Assembly: GCA_016181895.1 (NCBI GenBank)
Contig: JACOYL010000014.1
Span: forward strand, 1 to 60,089
DNA: 60,089 nucleotides
Direction of reading: 5' to 3'
Source of the DNA: Candidatus Pacearchaeota archaeon
GTDB lineage: Archaea; Nanobdellota; Nanobdellia; Pacearchaeales; GW2011-AR1
Shown here: one piece after another, positions 1 to 9,455 of the stretch
How the letters are laid out: every line of letters begins with the position of its first letter
How positions within the stretch are numbered: the stretch's first letter is position 1
Program-made: the position numbers and the translations under genes
Notes under the pieces: model-generated
What the model was told of the DNA's origin: nothing
Databases searched by the model: none
What the model saw: only the letters and a program-made list of their open reading frames with translations

Positions 1-50
1 GTTGAGTATCCCAACTCAACTTCATAATCAAACTAGAAATAAAAATCAAA

Positions 51-90
51 CGCAATTCATCCGTCGGCTAAAGCGGACGGATTTCTTGCG
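51..90. mobile_element. IS200/IS605-like subterminal hairpin (element end; any transposase would lie outside the window)
   Basis: CGCAATTCATCCGTCGGCTAAAGCGGACGGATTTCTTGCG folds as an imperfect hairpin; the AATTCATCC...CTAAAG...TTTCTTGC pattern resembles IS200/IS605-family ends. Confidence 0.5.
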
Positions 91-176
91 AAGATTTAAC
101 CAATTTTATCTCGTTTAATAAGCCATAAAATTCATCATTTAAAAACCTTTATAAATGATTTTTATTTATAAAGCCC

Positions 177-731
177 ATGACTAAGTCTACAAGCACTTAC
201 AACATACAAAACATCGTCGCCACTGCTTCTCTTGAAAAGCCGGTTCCTCTTGTAAAACTGGCAAGAACCCAGCCGAATACAGAATACAATCCAAAAACTT
301 TTCCGGGGCTTGTCCTAAGAGTGAAAGAGCCGAAATCCGCGGTTTTGGTTTTCTCCTCGGGAAATCTTGTCTGCACAGGCACAAAATCAATCGCGCAGGT
401 AAAGCAGGTTATCGGCGTTGTCATAAAGCAATTGAGGAAAATAAATGTCAACGTCACGATAAAGCCGAAAATTACCGTTCAAAACATCGTCGCTTCGGGA
501 AACATAAATCTGAAATTAAATCTTAATTTCCTGGCTTTGGAAATGGAAAACACGGAATACGAGCCCGAGCAGTTTCCGGGATTGGTTTACAAGTTGAACG
601 AACCGAATGCAACTTTCCTCTTGTTCAGCAACGGAAAGCTTGTTTGCACCGGCACGAAGAACAAGCAGCAATTGGAAGATTCCATGGCGCAATTGTTGAA
701 AAACGTGAAATCCGCGTTGAAAAATTATTGA
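177..731 (+). CDS. tbp: TATA-box-binding protein
   Basis: Two repeats: NIVATA...YNPKTFPGLV...FSSGNLVCTG and NIVASG...YEPEQFPGLV...FSNGKLVCTG. Confidence 0.98.
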   Translation: MTKSTSTYNIQNIVATASLEKPVPLVKLARTQPNTEYNPKTFPGLVLRVKEPKSAVLVFSSGNLVCTGTKSIAQVKQVIGVVIKQLRKINVNVTIKPKITVQNIVASGNINLKLNLNFLALEMENTEYEPEQFPGLVYKLNEPNATFLLFSNGKLVCTGTKNKQQLEDSMAQLLKNVKSALKNY

Positions 732-754
732 ATATATTATTAACTTTCACCCAT

Positions 755-1174
755 TTAATAATTATTTAAAAATTTCAAGATTTCTTTTTTAAATTTTTCA
801 AAATCCTCCAGATTTTCGCTTATATTTTCAAATGCCTGTTTATCATCAAGTTTACCGTACCGATGAACAAGAATATTTCTAAAACCTTTCATAATAATTA
901 TTTTATTCGCCGTTTCTCCGCTAATTATTTTATTATCTTCTAAATTCTTGATTATGCTGTCTTCATCCGAGGGTATGCCAAGTTTTAAATCGGAATTTAT
1001 CATTGAACATATTTTAATAACATCCTCAATTGCAGATTCTATTAACTTGTAAATCCCGTGTTTACTTATTCCGCTTTGCAAAAAATCTTCAATGTTTGAA
1101 GGCAAATATTCTTCAATAATTTCCGAAAGTTTATGTTCTATGTCTTCTTTTCGTATTTTCTTATTTGAGTGCAT
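755..1174 (-). CDS. HEPN (DUF86/HepT-like) RNase toxin
   Basis: GFRNILVHRY (Rx4H HEPN motif); overlaps the upstream MNT gene. Confidence 0.9.
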   Translation of the reverse strand: MHSNKKIRKEDIEHKLSEIIEEYLPSNIEDFLQSGISKHGIYKLIESAIEDVIKICSMINSDLKLGIPSDEDSIIKNLEDNKIISGETANKIIIMKGFRNILVHRYGKLDDKQAFENISENLEDFEKFKKEILKFLNNY

Positions 1175-1544
1175 TTTTTATATAACTTCTGTAAATTTCT
1201 TTAAAATCGTCAAACTCTTTTATTGTGGAAAAGGCGATTTCATAAAGCAACTCTTCATTTTTGCAAATTAGAATTTTTCCTTCTTCAAGTATTCTTTTTC
1301 TTATATAAACAGGCAATTGCTGAAATATCTTGACATCAAACTTGTCTGGAAGCAAGGAAGAATATTTAACTGCCTCTTTAAACATCTCTTTACCGGAATA
1401 TTTTTTGTCTAAAACAATGCAGATGTCAATATCCCTGTAATTTTCTCCCCTCGCATAAGAACCGAATAAAAGCACGGCTATGATTTTCTTGTCATTATTG
1501 ATTTTTTCAATAATCTGGGATTTTAACAAATTCCTGTGATTCAT
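1161..1544 (-). CDS. Minimal nucleotidyltransferase (MNT) antitoxin
   Basis: LFGSYARG...DIDI Pol-beta NTase motif; paired with HEPN. Confidence 0.9.
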   Translation of the reverse strand: MNHRNLLKSQIIEKINNDKKIIAVLLFGSYARGENYRDIDICIVLDKKYSGKEMFKEAVKYSSLLPDKFDVKIFQQLPVYIRKRILEEGKILICKNEELLYEIAFSTIKEFDDFKEIYRSYIKNALK

Positions 1545-1698
1545 AAAGAAAATTACAATGCCAAATTTATATACCTTTCTTAAATTAATAATAAAGTTAG
1601 AACTCTTTTGATTTCACCCCTCCCAAATAATCATCTATTTCTCAACAATTCTTAAAATTCACAACAAACTATAAAAATACCTTGCTTATCCCATATCA

Positions 1699-3723
1699 AT
1701 GGTTGCGGGAGGGGGGAAACAAGGAAAAGAGGAAATCGTTCTTGAAACTAAGAACTTTTTCGATTCCTACAAGAAAGAAGTCGGCGATTCTTTAAGAAAA
1801 GGAAATAACGTGATTTACCTGGATTTCCTGAAACTTTCGGAATTTTCAAACAAGCTCTCCGACGAAATTCTTTCAAATCCCGAAGACACTTTAAGGCTTA
1901 TGGAACTCGCGATTGAGGAATCCGGTTTGGTTTCAAATGTAAGAATAAGGCTTTACAGTCTTTCGGAAAGCCAGCAGTTAAAAGTGAGAAACATACGTTC
2001 CAAGCATCTCAATGAATTGATTGTCATAGAAGGAATTATTCGACAGGCAAGCGATGTCCGTCCTCAAGTCGTGAACGCGAAATTCGAATGCCCTTCCTGC
2101 GGAACCGTGATTTCTGTTTTGCAAATGGAAAAAAAATTTCACGAGCCTTCAAGATGTTCCTGCGGTCGAAGAGGAGGATTCACATTGAAAAGCAAGGAAA
2201 TGGTTGACACCCAAAGGCTTGTCATTGAAGAGTCCACTGAATCTCTTTCCGGCGGCGAACAGCCGAAGAGAATAAATGTTTTTGTAAAAGAGGATTTGGT
2301 TGAACCGAGAATGGAGGAGAAAACAACCCCCGGAAGCAGGGTAAAGACAATAGGAATCTTGAAAGAAGTTCCCGTGCCATTAAGCACAGGCGGGCATTCA
2401 ACCAGATTTGAATTGGCGATTGAAGCCAATAATTTAATTCCATTGGAAGAAACTTTCGAGGAGCTTGACATAAACGAGGAAGACGAAAGGCAAATTTTGG
2501 AAATGTCAAAAAATCCCGAAATTTTTGAAAATCTTTCAAAAAGCATAATACCAAGCGTTTGGGGCTATGACGAAATAAAAAAATCACTTGTTCTTCAATT
2601 GTTTGGAGGAGTGAAAAAAATCCATACAGACGGGCAAAGATCCAGGGGAGATATTCACATTCTTCTTGTCGGAGATCCCGGGGTTGCAAAATCAGTCATC
2701 CTCGGTTTCATGGCTGAAATCTCGCCAAAGGGAAGATATGTCGTCGGTAAAAGCGCAAGCGGCGCGGGTTTGACAGCCACTGTTGTAAGGGATGAATATC
2801 TCAGAGGCTGGAGTTTGGAAGCGGGAGCCATGGTTCTTGCCAACAAAGGTTTGGTTTGCATTGACGAACTTGAAAAAATGGACTTCCAGGACAGGAGTTC
2901 CATGCACGAGGCGATGGAGCAGCAAACGATAACAATTTCAAAGGCAAATGTTCAGGCGACATTAAGAGCAGAGACATCTGTTCTCGCGGCGGCAAATCCG
3001 AAATTCGGAAGATTTGACCCTTATCAATCCGTGGCTCAGCAAATCGATTTGCCTCCGACTTTGATTAACAGGTTTGATGTCATCTTTACATTAAGGGACA
3101 TTCCGGACAAGGAAAAAGACAAGCAAATTGCATCTCATGTTTTGCATGAACACATAAAAGAGGGAAAAGACATGCTCATCCCGAGGGAATTGTTCAGAAA
3201 ATATGTCGCCTATGCAAAACAAAAAATTCATCCGAAATTAAGCAAGGAAGCCGTGGAGGAAATCCAAAATTTTTACGTTGATTTGAGAAATCGTCCAGTC
3301 TCCTCTGAATCGGCGTTGCGTCCGATTCCAATTTCGGCAAGGCAGTTGCAGGCATTGATAAGAATGTCAGAGGCGTCTGCAAAAGTCAGGCTGAGCGACG
3401 AAGTCTCAAAAGAAGACGCGAAAAAATCCATAGAGTTGATGAAATATTATCTCATGCAAGTCGGCTACGATTACGAATCAAACGTCTTCGACATCGACAA
3501 AATTTATACTGGAATGACGACTTCAAAAAGAAGCAAGGTTCTTGTCGTAAGAGAGGTGATTTTCAGGTTGAGGGAAAGGTTGGGAGATTTGATTCCGATA
3601 GAGGAAATAGAAAAAGAACTCGACGGAAAATTGGGAAAGGAGGAAATCGAGGATTCAATCAAGGAATTGATAAAAAACTCGGTCATCTACGAGCCGAGGC
3701 GTGGATATGTTCAGAAGATATAA
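1699..3723 (+). CDS. mcm: MCM replicative helicase
   Basis: Zn finger CPSC..CSC, Walker A GDPGVAKS, Walker B CIDELEKM, Arg finger NRFD, C-terminal wHTH; no intein. Confidence 0.98.
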   Translation: MVAGGGKQGKEEIVLETKNFFDSYKKEVGDSLRKGNNVIYLDFLKLSEFSNKLSDEILSNPEDTLRLMELAIEESGLVSNVRIRLYSLSESQQLKVRNIRSKHLNELIVIEGIIRQASDVRPQVVNAKFECPSCGTVISVLQMEKKFHEPSRCSCGRRGGFTLKSKEMVDTQRLVIEESTESLSGGEQPKRINVFVKEDLVEPRMEEKTTPGSRVKTIGILKEVPVPLSTGGHSTRFELAIEANNLIPLEETFEELDINEEDERQILEMSKNPEIFENLSKSIIPSVWGYDEIKKSLVLQLFGGVKKIHTDGQRSRGDIHILLVGDPGVAKSVILGFMAEISPKGRYVVGKSASGAGLTATVVRDEYLRGWSLEAGAMVLANKGLVCIDELEKMDFQDRSSMHEAMEQQTITISKANVQATLRAETSVLAAANPKFGRFDPYQSVAQQIDLPPTLINRFDVIFTLRDIPDKEKDKQIASHVLHEHIKEGKDMLIPRELFRKYVAYAKQKIHPKLSKEAVEEIQNFYVDLRNRPVSSESALRPIPISARQLQALIRMSEASAKVRLSDEVSKEDAKKSIELMKYYLMQVGYDYESNVFDIDKIYTGMTTSKRSKVLVVREVIFRLRERLGDLIPIEEIEKELDGKLGKEEIEDSIKELIKNSVIYEPRRGYVQKI

Positions 3724-3724
3724 A

Positions 3725-4042
3725 ATGAAATCAATAGATTTAAAATTAATTCAAACTCTTCAAAATGAATTTGACAAACAGTATTTTGACAGAGATTATT
3801 CTCAATTTAATACTCCAGAATTGGAAAAATTAAGTCACATTAATTTACATCTTGAAAAAGCCCTAGGAAAAATAGCAATATATCTTGAAAAAAAACAGCA
3901 TGGCGAAGAATGTTCTGCAGAACAAATTATTAAAGAAGTGATTCCTGATTTGTTAATATATTCTACACAAATTGCAAATTTATTCAATGTGAATTTGGAT
4001 GAAGCTTATACTAAAAGATTGGAAGGTAATAAGAAAAAATAA
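3725..4042 (+). CDS. MazG-like all-alpha NTP pyrophosphohydrolase
   Basis: HLEKALGKIA...EVIPDLLIYSTQIANLFNVNLDEAY resembles MazG helices; ATG just after the mcm stop. Confidence 0.5.
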   Translation: MKSIDLKLIQTLQNEFDKQYFDRDYSQFNTPELEKLSHINLHLEKALGKIAIYLEKKQHGEECSAEQIIKEVIPDLLIYSTQIANLFNVNLDEAYTKRLEGNKKK

Positions 4043-4060
4043 TTAAACAATACAAATAAA

Positions 4061-4684
4061 ATGCCGGACGAACAATTCAAAAGAAACATTGCTTACAAGC
4101 TGAGGATTTCGGATTTGACAAACGGAAATCCGATTCTTGAAGGGGAAAGATTTTCCTTTCTTGATTTGAACGGAAAAAAAATAATCCGCGTGAATGTTAT
4201 AGGAAGTATAGTTGACAAATATTCCAGCGAGGGGGAAAAAAGATTTTTGTTTCTTACTTTGGACGACGGCTCCGGACAGGTAAAGTTGAAATCCTTCGGC
4301 GACGATTCAACTCGGTTTTCATGGATTTCGCAGGGGCAAATCGTCGCAGTGATAGGAGTCTTGAGATTTTTCAACAACGAGGTTTACATCTCTCCAGAAA
4401 TCGTGCGTGAGTTGGACTCAAAATATCTTCTCGTAAGAAGATTGGAACTTGAGAAAAACAAAAAGTCGGTTCCTGAAAAAAAAGAAGGGGTTCCATTTTC
4501 AGTCAAGGAAAAAATCATTGATTTGATAAAAAACGCGGAAATCAACGGGGGAATTGACTTGGAAAAATTGATTTTCGATCTTAATGGAAATCCTCCTGAA
4601 TTAATCAACTCGGAAATTCAAAAACTTCTCGAGGAAGGCGTTGTCTTTGAACCCCGCCCAGGAAGAATAAGGTGGTTGGGGTGA
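4061..4684 (+). CDS. RPA32-like OB-fold ssDNA-binding protein with C-terminal wHTH
   Basis: RVNVIG...LTLDDGSG OB fold; LLEEGVVFEPRPG wHTH tail. Confidence 0.85.
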   Translation: MPDEQFKRNIAYKLRISDLTNGNPILEGERFSFLDLNGKKIIRVNVIGSIVDKYSSEGEKRFLFLTLDDGSGQVKLKSFGDDSTRFSWISQGQIVAVIGVLRFFNNEVYISPEIVRELDSKYLLVRRLELEKNKKSVPEKKEGVPFSVKEKIIDLIKNAEINGGIDLEKLIFDLNGNPPELINSEIQKLLEEGVVFEPRPGRIRWLG

Positions 4685-4971
4685 AATCTCTAAAAGTTGA
4701 TACAGGAGACCAAGAAGAAGTTTATAGAAAAATTAATGAATTTTTTAAAGAGATAGTTAATAAATTAGAACCCAAACCACTAAAGAAACCGTCTGAATTA
4801 GAAATAAGAGTTAATGCATTGGGAAATCAAATAGATGGCATAATAACAGATGATTTTGTTCACAGGTTAATTTACAAACAAAGAGTAATTGCAATAGTTA
4901 CTGAAACGCGAGACGATTTAAATTACATTGTTTTTGATTTTTTTGATAATTCAGATAAAAATGGCTATTAA
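4681..4971 (+). CDS. Hypothetical protein (AT-rich orphan)
   Basis: ORF with GTG start overlapping the previous stop (GTGA). Confidence 0.55.
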   Translation: MKSLKVDTGDQEEVYRKINEFFKEIVNKLEPKPLKKPSELEIRVNALGNQIDGIITDDFVHRLIYKQRVIAIVTETRDDLNYIVFDFFDNSDKNGY

Positions 4972-4972
4972 T

Positions 4973-5536
4973 TTATTTCCCCCTGAACAATCTTTTCCAG
5001 AAACCTTTTTCTTTTTTGTTAAACCAATAAGCCGCGTAAATCAAGATAATCAATCCCGCGAGCGAAAGAACAAATTTCATCCAGTCGTCTGTAAATCTCC
5101 AATAAGTTCCTGTTCCGTAAACAATCATTCCAACTCCTCCGAGCATCAATCCCGCGGAAACAGATTCCAATACAGGAATCAATGCACCTGCAAGAACAAT
5201 CAAAATTCCCAAAGGCAATGCTGTAAGGAAAATTTTCTTGAAATAAACTTTCTCTGCATTTTCAAAATCTTTTTGGCACGGAGTATAATCATATTGGCAA
5301 TATCCTCCACTAACAGGAACTGCTTTTATTCCATCCCTTTCATCAGTCACTAATCGAGTGTTTTCAACCCAAACTCCTCCTTCGCTCTCGCAAACAGATT
5401 GATTAAACAAATTTTCAGGGCAATAGTCTCCGTATTCTGGAGCTTCGCCATAAAGAGTTGACAGTCCGTAAATTCCCACGAATATTGTAAGAATGAAAAT
5501 CGCAAATCCGAATATTATGTTTTTTATGTTGAGCAT
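4973..5536 (-). CDS. Membrane protein with Cys-rich extracellular loop
   Basis: About four hydrophobic segments; C-x8-C..GG.W...C-x5-C loop; start uncertain. Confidence 0.75.
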   Translation of the reverse strand: MLNIKNIIFGFAIFILTIFVGIYGLSTLYGEAPEYGDYCPENLFNQSVCESEGGVWVENTRLVTDERDGIKAVPVSGGYCQYDYTPCQKDFENAEKVYFKKIFLTALPLGILIVLAGALIPVLESVSAGLMLGGVGMIVYGTGTYWRFTDDWMKFVLSLAGLIILIYAAYWFNKKEKGFWKRLFRGK

Positions 5537-5575
5537 TTTTGAAATATGCAAATAAGATTTATAAATTTTGTCAAG

Positions 5576-5746
5576 CGCTCGCCTTCGGCTCGCTTATTAA
5601 TATGAATGATAATGTAAAGTCTAATTTTATAATTTGATGAAAGTTGTTTGGAGTTAACTCTGTTCTTTTGGAGGCGGGTGGGAAACTTTGCGAGAGAAAT
5701 TTATTAATTCAAAACCAAGCGGGTTGCGAGTTGGTGGGAAAACTTG
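5576..5746 (+). repeat. Mosaic intergenic repeat locus (head + AT units + G-rich tails)
   Basis: CGCTCGCCTTCGGCTCGCTTA head; GGAGGCGGGTGGGAAACTTTGCGAG; GGGTTGCGAGTTGGTGGGAA tail. Confidence 0.8.
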
Positions 5747-5747
5747 A

Positions 5748-6179
5748 TTATTCCTCGTATTCTTTCTTAATTATAAATTCGCCGAAATTTCCAAAACGTC
5801 CAAATTCTGCTTTCTCATATGCTTGAGCTAATCTAAGTGCTTCATCTAAATATTTTGGATCCTTTACATATATAAATCCTTCATAATGGGTTGTAATTTT
5901 TATTTTTCCGAAAGAAAATAAATGTCCTTTTATAAAAATTTCTCTACAAAAGTCAGGATAGGGCCCATCATTGGATAATCCATCAGGACCATAGCTTGTT
6001 GTTGAAGCCATAATCATTCTAGATCCTCCAACTATATTGCGAGTAATTCTAACAAATTCTTTTTGTTTTTTAATATCTTTTAGTCTTCCTTCTTTCCATT
6101 TTTCATCCGCTCTAATTTTACGAACTTCTTCCTCCGCCAATCCTTCAAGTTTTACCATCATTAAATTCTCAAAATACAT
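5748..6179 (-). CDS. Hypothetical protein
   Basis: 143-aa ORF, no recognised motif. Confidence 0.6.
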   Translation of the reverse strand: MYFENLMMVKLEGLAEEEVRKIRADEKWKEGRLKDIKKQKEFVRITRNIVGGSRMIMASTTSYGPDGLSNDGPYPDFCREIFIKGHLFSFGKIKITTHYEGFIYVKDPKYLDEALRLAQAYEKAEFGRFGNFGEFIIKKEYEE

Positions 6180-6207
6180 TTATAAACTCTTTCTTTGATT
6201 TCTTTTC

Positions 6208-6618
6208 ATGAGCGAATACGAAAAACTTCTCGATGAAGCATACAAAAAAGTAAAGCAAGTGGCTTCTTCCAGCGAGAGATTTGAAATCCCGAAAGTCGAG
6301 GGGCATTTCGAGGGGAAGAAAACAATAGTGAGTAATTTTTTCCATATTGCAGAACACATAAGAAGAAACCCGGAGCATTTTCAAAAATTCATTCTCAGGG
6401 AATTGGCTGCTTCAGGACAAAGAGAATCCGATAGGCTGGTTTTGAACAACAAAATCCCGAGCGAAAAAATAAATCAGAAGATAGAACAATACATGAAGGA
6501 ATTCGTGATTTGCAGGGAATGCGGAAAGCCCGACACTGAATTAATCAGGGAAGACAGGTTGACGTTCATAAAATGTTCGGCGTGCGGAGCGAGGCACAGC
6601 GTTAGGGGAAAGATTTAA
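6208..6618 (+). CDS. eif2b: Translation initiation factor aIF-2 beta
   Basis: ERFEIP...NF..IA..IRR.PEH; Zn ribbon CRECGKPDT...CSACGA. Confidence 0.96.
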   Translation: MSEYEKLLDEAYKKVKQVASSSERFEIPKVEGHFEGKKTIVSNFFHIAEHIRRNPEHFQKFILRELAASGQRESDRLVLNNKIPSEKINQKIEQYMKEFVICRECGKPDTELIREDRLTFIKCSACGARHSVRGKI

Positions 6619-6971
6619 ATTCCCCTCAAATATTCTATGCAAAGTCTATCATATTTGCATCTTGAATCTATCGCGTCGTCGTTGTAATCAAATCGTCCAT
6701 TGACGAGCTTTTCAAAAATATCTTTGGACAATCTTATAACCCAAAATTGTTTTCCTCTGTAATCATAAGGAGAAATATTTTCAGGATATCTTCTTATATT
6801 TATTCCAGGCTCACAACTATGTCCAACGGAAATTTTTCTGTCAACAACGCTTATTCTTAAAACTCCATTGATGTTTGAAAAATCAAAATCAGAATATCCA
6901 TTTTCCCGAATAAATTTCACATCTCTTTCAAGAAGAGATATGTTTGGTCCATTGCTAAAAAATGCCCTCAT
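6615..6971 (-). CDS. Hypothetical protein
   Basis: 118-aa ORF, co-oriented with the next orphan. Confidence 0.55.
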   Translation of the reverse strand: MRAFFSNGPNISLLERDVKFIRENGYSDFDFSNINGVLRISVVDRKISVGHSCEPGINIRRYPENISPYDYRGKQFWVIRLSKDIFEKLVNGRFDYNDDAIDSRCKYDRLCIEYLRGI

Positions 6972-6976
6972 AGAAT

Positions 6977-7255
6977 TTAATTCCTGTATCCTTCCATAAA
7001 TTCCTGATTTAATGTCTTGGTCAAAATCGCGGGAAAATTATCCTCTGTTATTTCCTGCAAATCTTTTATTGATTTTCTGGCTTCCTCCATTGAAGAACCC
7101 CGATATCTCACATCAAGGATTCCTTTTTCTAATCTTCCATATATCTTCATACTTTCAGAAATATTTTCTTTCGGATTAAAAGAAATAATTGCTCCATAAG
7201 TTCTCGTTCCTTCATTGTTTCTTCCAAATGCAAGAGCAATATAAATTTCTGCCAT
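6977..7255 (-). CDS. Hypothetical protein
   Basis: ATG at 7255 about 22 nt downstream of a TATA-like box. Confidence 0.6.
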   Translation of the reverse strand: MAEIYIALAFGRNNEGTRTYGAIISFNPKENISESMKIYGRLEKGILDVRYRGSSMEEARKSIKDLQEITEDNFPAILTKTLNQEFMEGYRN

Positions 7256-7368
7256 AAAAATACCAATCAATTCCCCTTAAATAAATTTCCGTGATTTTTG
7301 AACAAAACAAATCTTTAAAAACGAATTTTAACTTATATTAAATCTTAAATCCGAAAGGAGGTATCAAA

Positions 7369-7536
7369 ATGGCTTTAGAAGGAAGATGCATGAGGTGCAA
7401 AACCAACAGAGAAATGAAGAGCTTGAGATTGGAAAAGACAAAGAGGGGAACTTATTTGGCTCGTGGAATTTGCACAAAGTGCGGAACAAAAATGGCTAAG
7501 ATTTTGTCTGTAGAGCAGGCTCAGAAATACAAATAA
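7369..7536 (+). CDS. Small Zn-ribbon protein (DUF5679-like), 55 aa, absent from the ORF track
   Basis: MALEGRCMRCKTNREMK...ARGICTKCGTKMAKIL; strong SD AAAGGAGGT upstream. Confidence 0.85.
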   Translation: MALEGRCMRCKTNREMKSLRLEKTKRGTYLARGICTKCGTKMAKILSVEQAQKYK

Positions 7537-7573
7537 TCTGAGAATTTAAAAAGTAAGATTAAATCAATCTTAC

Positions 7574-7801
7574 ATGTTTATAAAAATACACAAGTCTTAC
7601 AGGAATGTTGTCGCGGTTTGCGATTCCGAATTGATCGGGAAAAAATTCGAGGAGGAAAAATTCCAGCTTGATGTGAAGGAGAATTTTTTCAAGGGCGACA
7701 AAGTCTCTGAAAATGAAGCCATTTTGATAATGAAAAAAATGTTGGTTGAAGATGCGACATATCCTTTTTTATGCCTAAATTTAAAATTAAGGGTTTTGTG
7801 A
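7574..7801 (+). pseudogene. DUF424 family protein, C-terminally truncated
   Basis: IKIHKSYRNVVAVCDSELIGKKFEE...ENFFKG matches DUF424; similarity stops at EDAT (about 7760), without the usual N.VG...GIP C-terminal third. Confidence 0.7.
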
Positions 7802-8478
7802 TTGAAGAATTACCTGAATTAGAAATTGAAGCAGAAGATAGAGAAAAAGCCGAAGGGATATATGAAGATAAATATTATGATGATGAAATAGAAGGAGATT
7901 TAGAAGTTCAATTTGAAAAGGAAGATGAAGAATATGATGGAACACCACGAATTATAGAAATTAATGGAAAAAATTATCCCCAAGATATTTTAGGTATAAG
8001 TGAATCTCCTCTTGAAGAAAGCAAGATATATAATATAAAAGACGAAAATTTACCAGATAAGATATGGGACAATATTGAATACTCTATTTATTATCAACAG
8101 CGAGGATATAGGATTATTGAAGGAGGTAACACTAAAACAGATAACGCTATGAATATGCTTTATCAGAAAATTAAAAAAGCCGAATTTTGTATTGATTGTA
8201 AAATTGAATTGACTGATTTTGATTTAGAAAAAGTAAAGAGAGAAAGTAGATGTCTTAAATGTCAATCGGTTATTTGGGCTGAGGAAAGGAAAGAACTTAA
8301 AGACAAAGCAGAAAAGATTGCATTAGAAATATCAAAGATTAGTGAATTTATCAAATTACCAAATATTCCAACAAAAAGGATTTGGATTGAAAATAAGTAT
8401 CCAGAACTTAAATCAAGAAGTAGAATGATTGTAGATAAAGCAAATAATTTAATTTATTTAGCTAAATCTCAATTATAA
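7771..8478 (+). CDS. Hypothetical acidic protein with CxxC..CxxC pair
   Basis: Very AT-rich; CIDC and CLKC; overlaps the truncated DUF424 gene. Confidence 0.65.
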   Translation: MPKFKIKGFVIEELPELEIEAEDREKAEGIYEDKYYDDEIEGDLEVQFEKEDEEYDGTPRIIEINGKNYPQDILGISESPLEESKIYNIKDENLPDKIWDNIEYSIYYQQRGYRIIEGGNTKTDNAMNMLYQKIKKAEFCIDCKIELTDFDLEKVKRESRCLKCQSVIWAEERKELKDKAEKIALEISKISEFIKLPNIPTKRIWIENKYPELKSRSRMIVDKANNLIYLAKSQL

Positions 8479-8520
8479 ATCCACACCAACTTTTATAAAC
8501 AAATTTTTTCTTCCATATTA

Positions 8521-8856
8521 ATGTCCTATAATTTCAAAAATAAAAACAATTCCGATGAGGAAGAGCAAAAAGTCTCCCGCGCGCCCTTGCCGAGAAAAAA
8601 TGAAGTCATCGGAATTTTGGACCAAAGACTCGGGGGAAACAAGATGATGGTTAGTTGTTTGGACGGGAAAAAAAGAAACTGCCGAGTCCCAGGCAGATTG
8701 AAAAGAAAACTCTGGCTTCGCCCAAATGACGTCGTGATTGTCGAGCCATGGGAACTTGATTTCAACAAAGGAGACATAATTTTCAAATATCGTCCGAATC
8801 AAATTGAATGGCTGAAACAGAATGGATATCTGAAAACGGAAACCGGAGGGTTTTAA
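8521..8856 (+). CDS. eif1a: Translation initiation factor aIF-1A
   Basis: LGGNKMMVSCLDGKKRNCRVPGRLKRKLWLRPNDVVIVEPW. Confidence 0.97.
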   Translation: MSYNFKNKNNSDEEEQKVSRAPLPRKNEVIGILDQRLGGNKMMVSCLDGKKRNCRVPGRLKRKLWLRPNDVVIVEPWELDFNKGDIIFKYRPNQIEWLKQNGYLKTETGGF

Positions 8857-8908
8857 TTATATTCTCCAGAAGAATAAATATTATAAACTAAAATAATTTA
8901 ATTAGAAG

Positions 8909-9082
8909 ATGAATAGAGGCTTTTATGGATATGTTGGTAGAGATATGGAACCTTTAAAAAACAAAGAAGAAATATTATATAATCAGGTTAAAAAATTTGG
9001 GCTTTTTTCTAGGATAAAATTATATGTGATTAGTACCATTTCACAGTTCAAAAAGCAAAAAGACATTTCTTCCAGGCTTTAA
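8909..9082 (+). CDS. Small hypothetical protein (57 aa), absent from the ORF track
   Basis: MNRGFYGYVGRDMEPLKNKEE...; TTTATAAA box about 22 nt upstream. Confidence 0.45.
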   Translation: MNRGFYGYVGRDMEPLKNKEEILYNQVKKFGLFSRIKLYVISTISQFKKQKDISSRL

Positions 9083-9093
9083 TCAAAAACTTT

Positions 9094-9405
9094 TTAACTT
9101 AAAGAGTAAAAAGTATTTCTGCTTCCGGCAGGAATAAAAGAAGGCAAAGGCATGTTATATAGATAAGGAACTTGAATTCTAACTTTTCGAGTAACCTTTC
9201 CTGATCGTCTCAATTCAGCCAAGGCATAAGGAATCTTTATTTTTAATGCAAGATGAATCAGAGAGTTCGGATCATAACCCCTAAGAATTTCATTTGTTAT
9301 ATCAAACGAGTTTATCTCTTCTCTTTCTTTAAGTAATTTCGTAATGTCTGTTTTACATCCCTCAAACATTTCTTTTTCTCTACGAGCAAATGCTGCAGAT
9401 GGCAT
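9094..9405 (-). CDS. Hypothetical protein (possible wHTH)
   Basis: ALAELRRSGKV resembles a wHTH wing helix; TATA box upstream. Confidence 0.55.
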   Translation of the reverse strand: MPSAAFARREKEMFEGCKTDITKLLKEREEINSFDITNEILRGYDPNSLIHLALKIKIPYALAELRRSGKVTRKVRIQVPYLYNMPLPSFIPAGSRNTFYSLS

Positions 9406-9455
9406 TTCTTATAAAAGAATGAATCTTTTATAAAGATTATTGTGATTGTTTTCAT

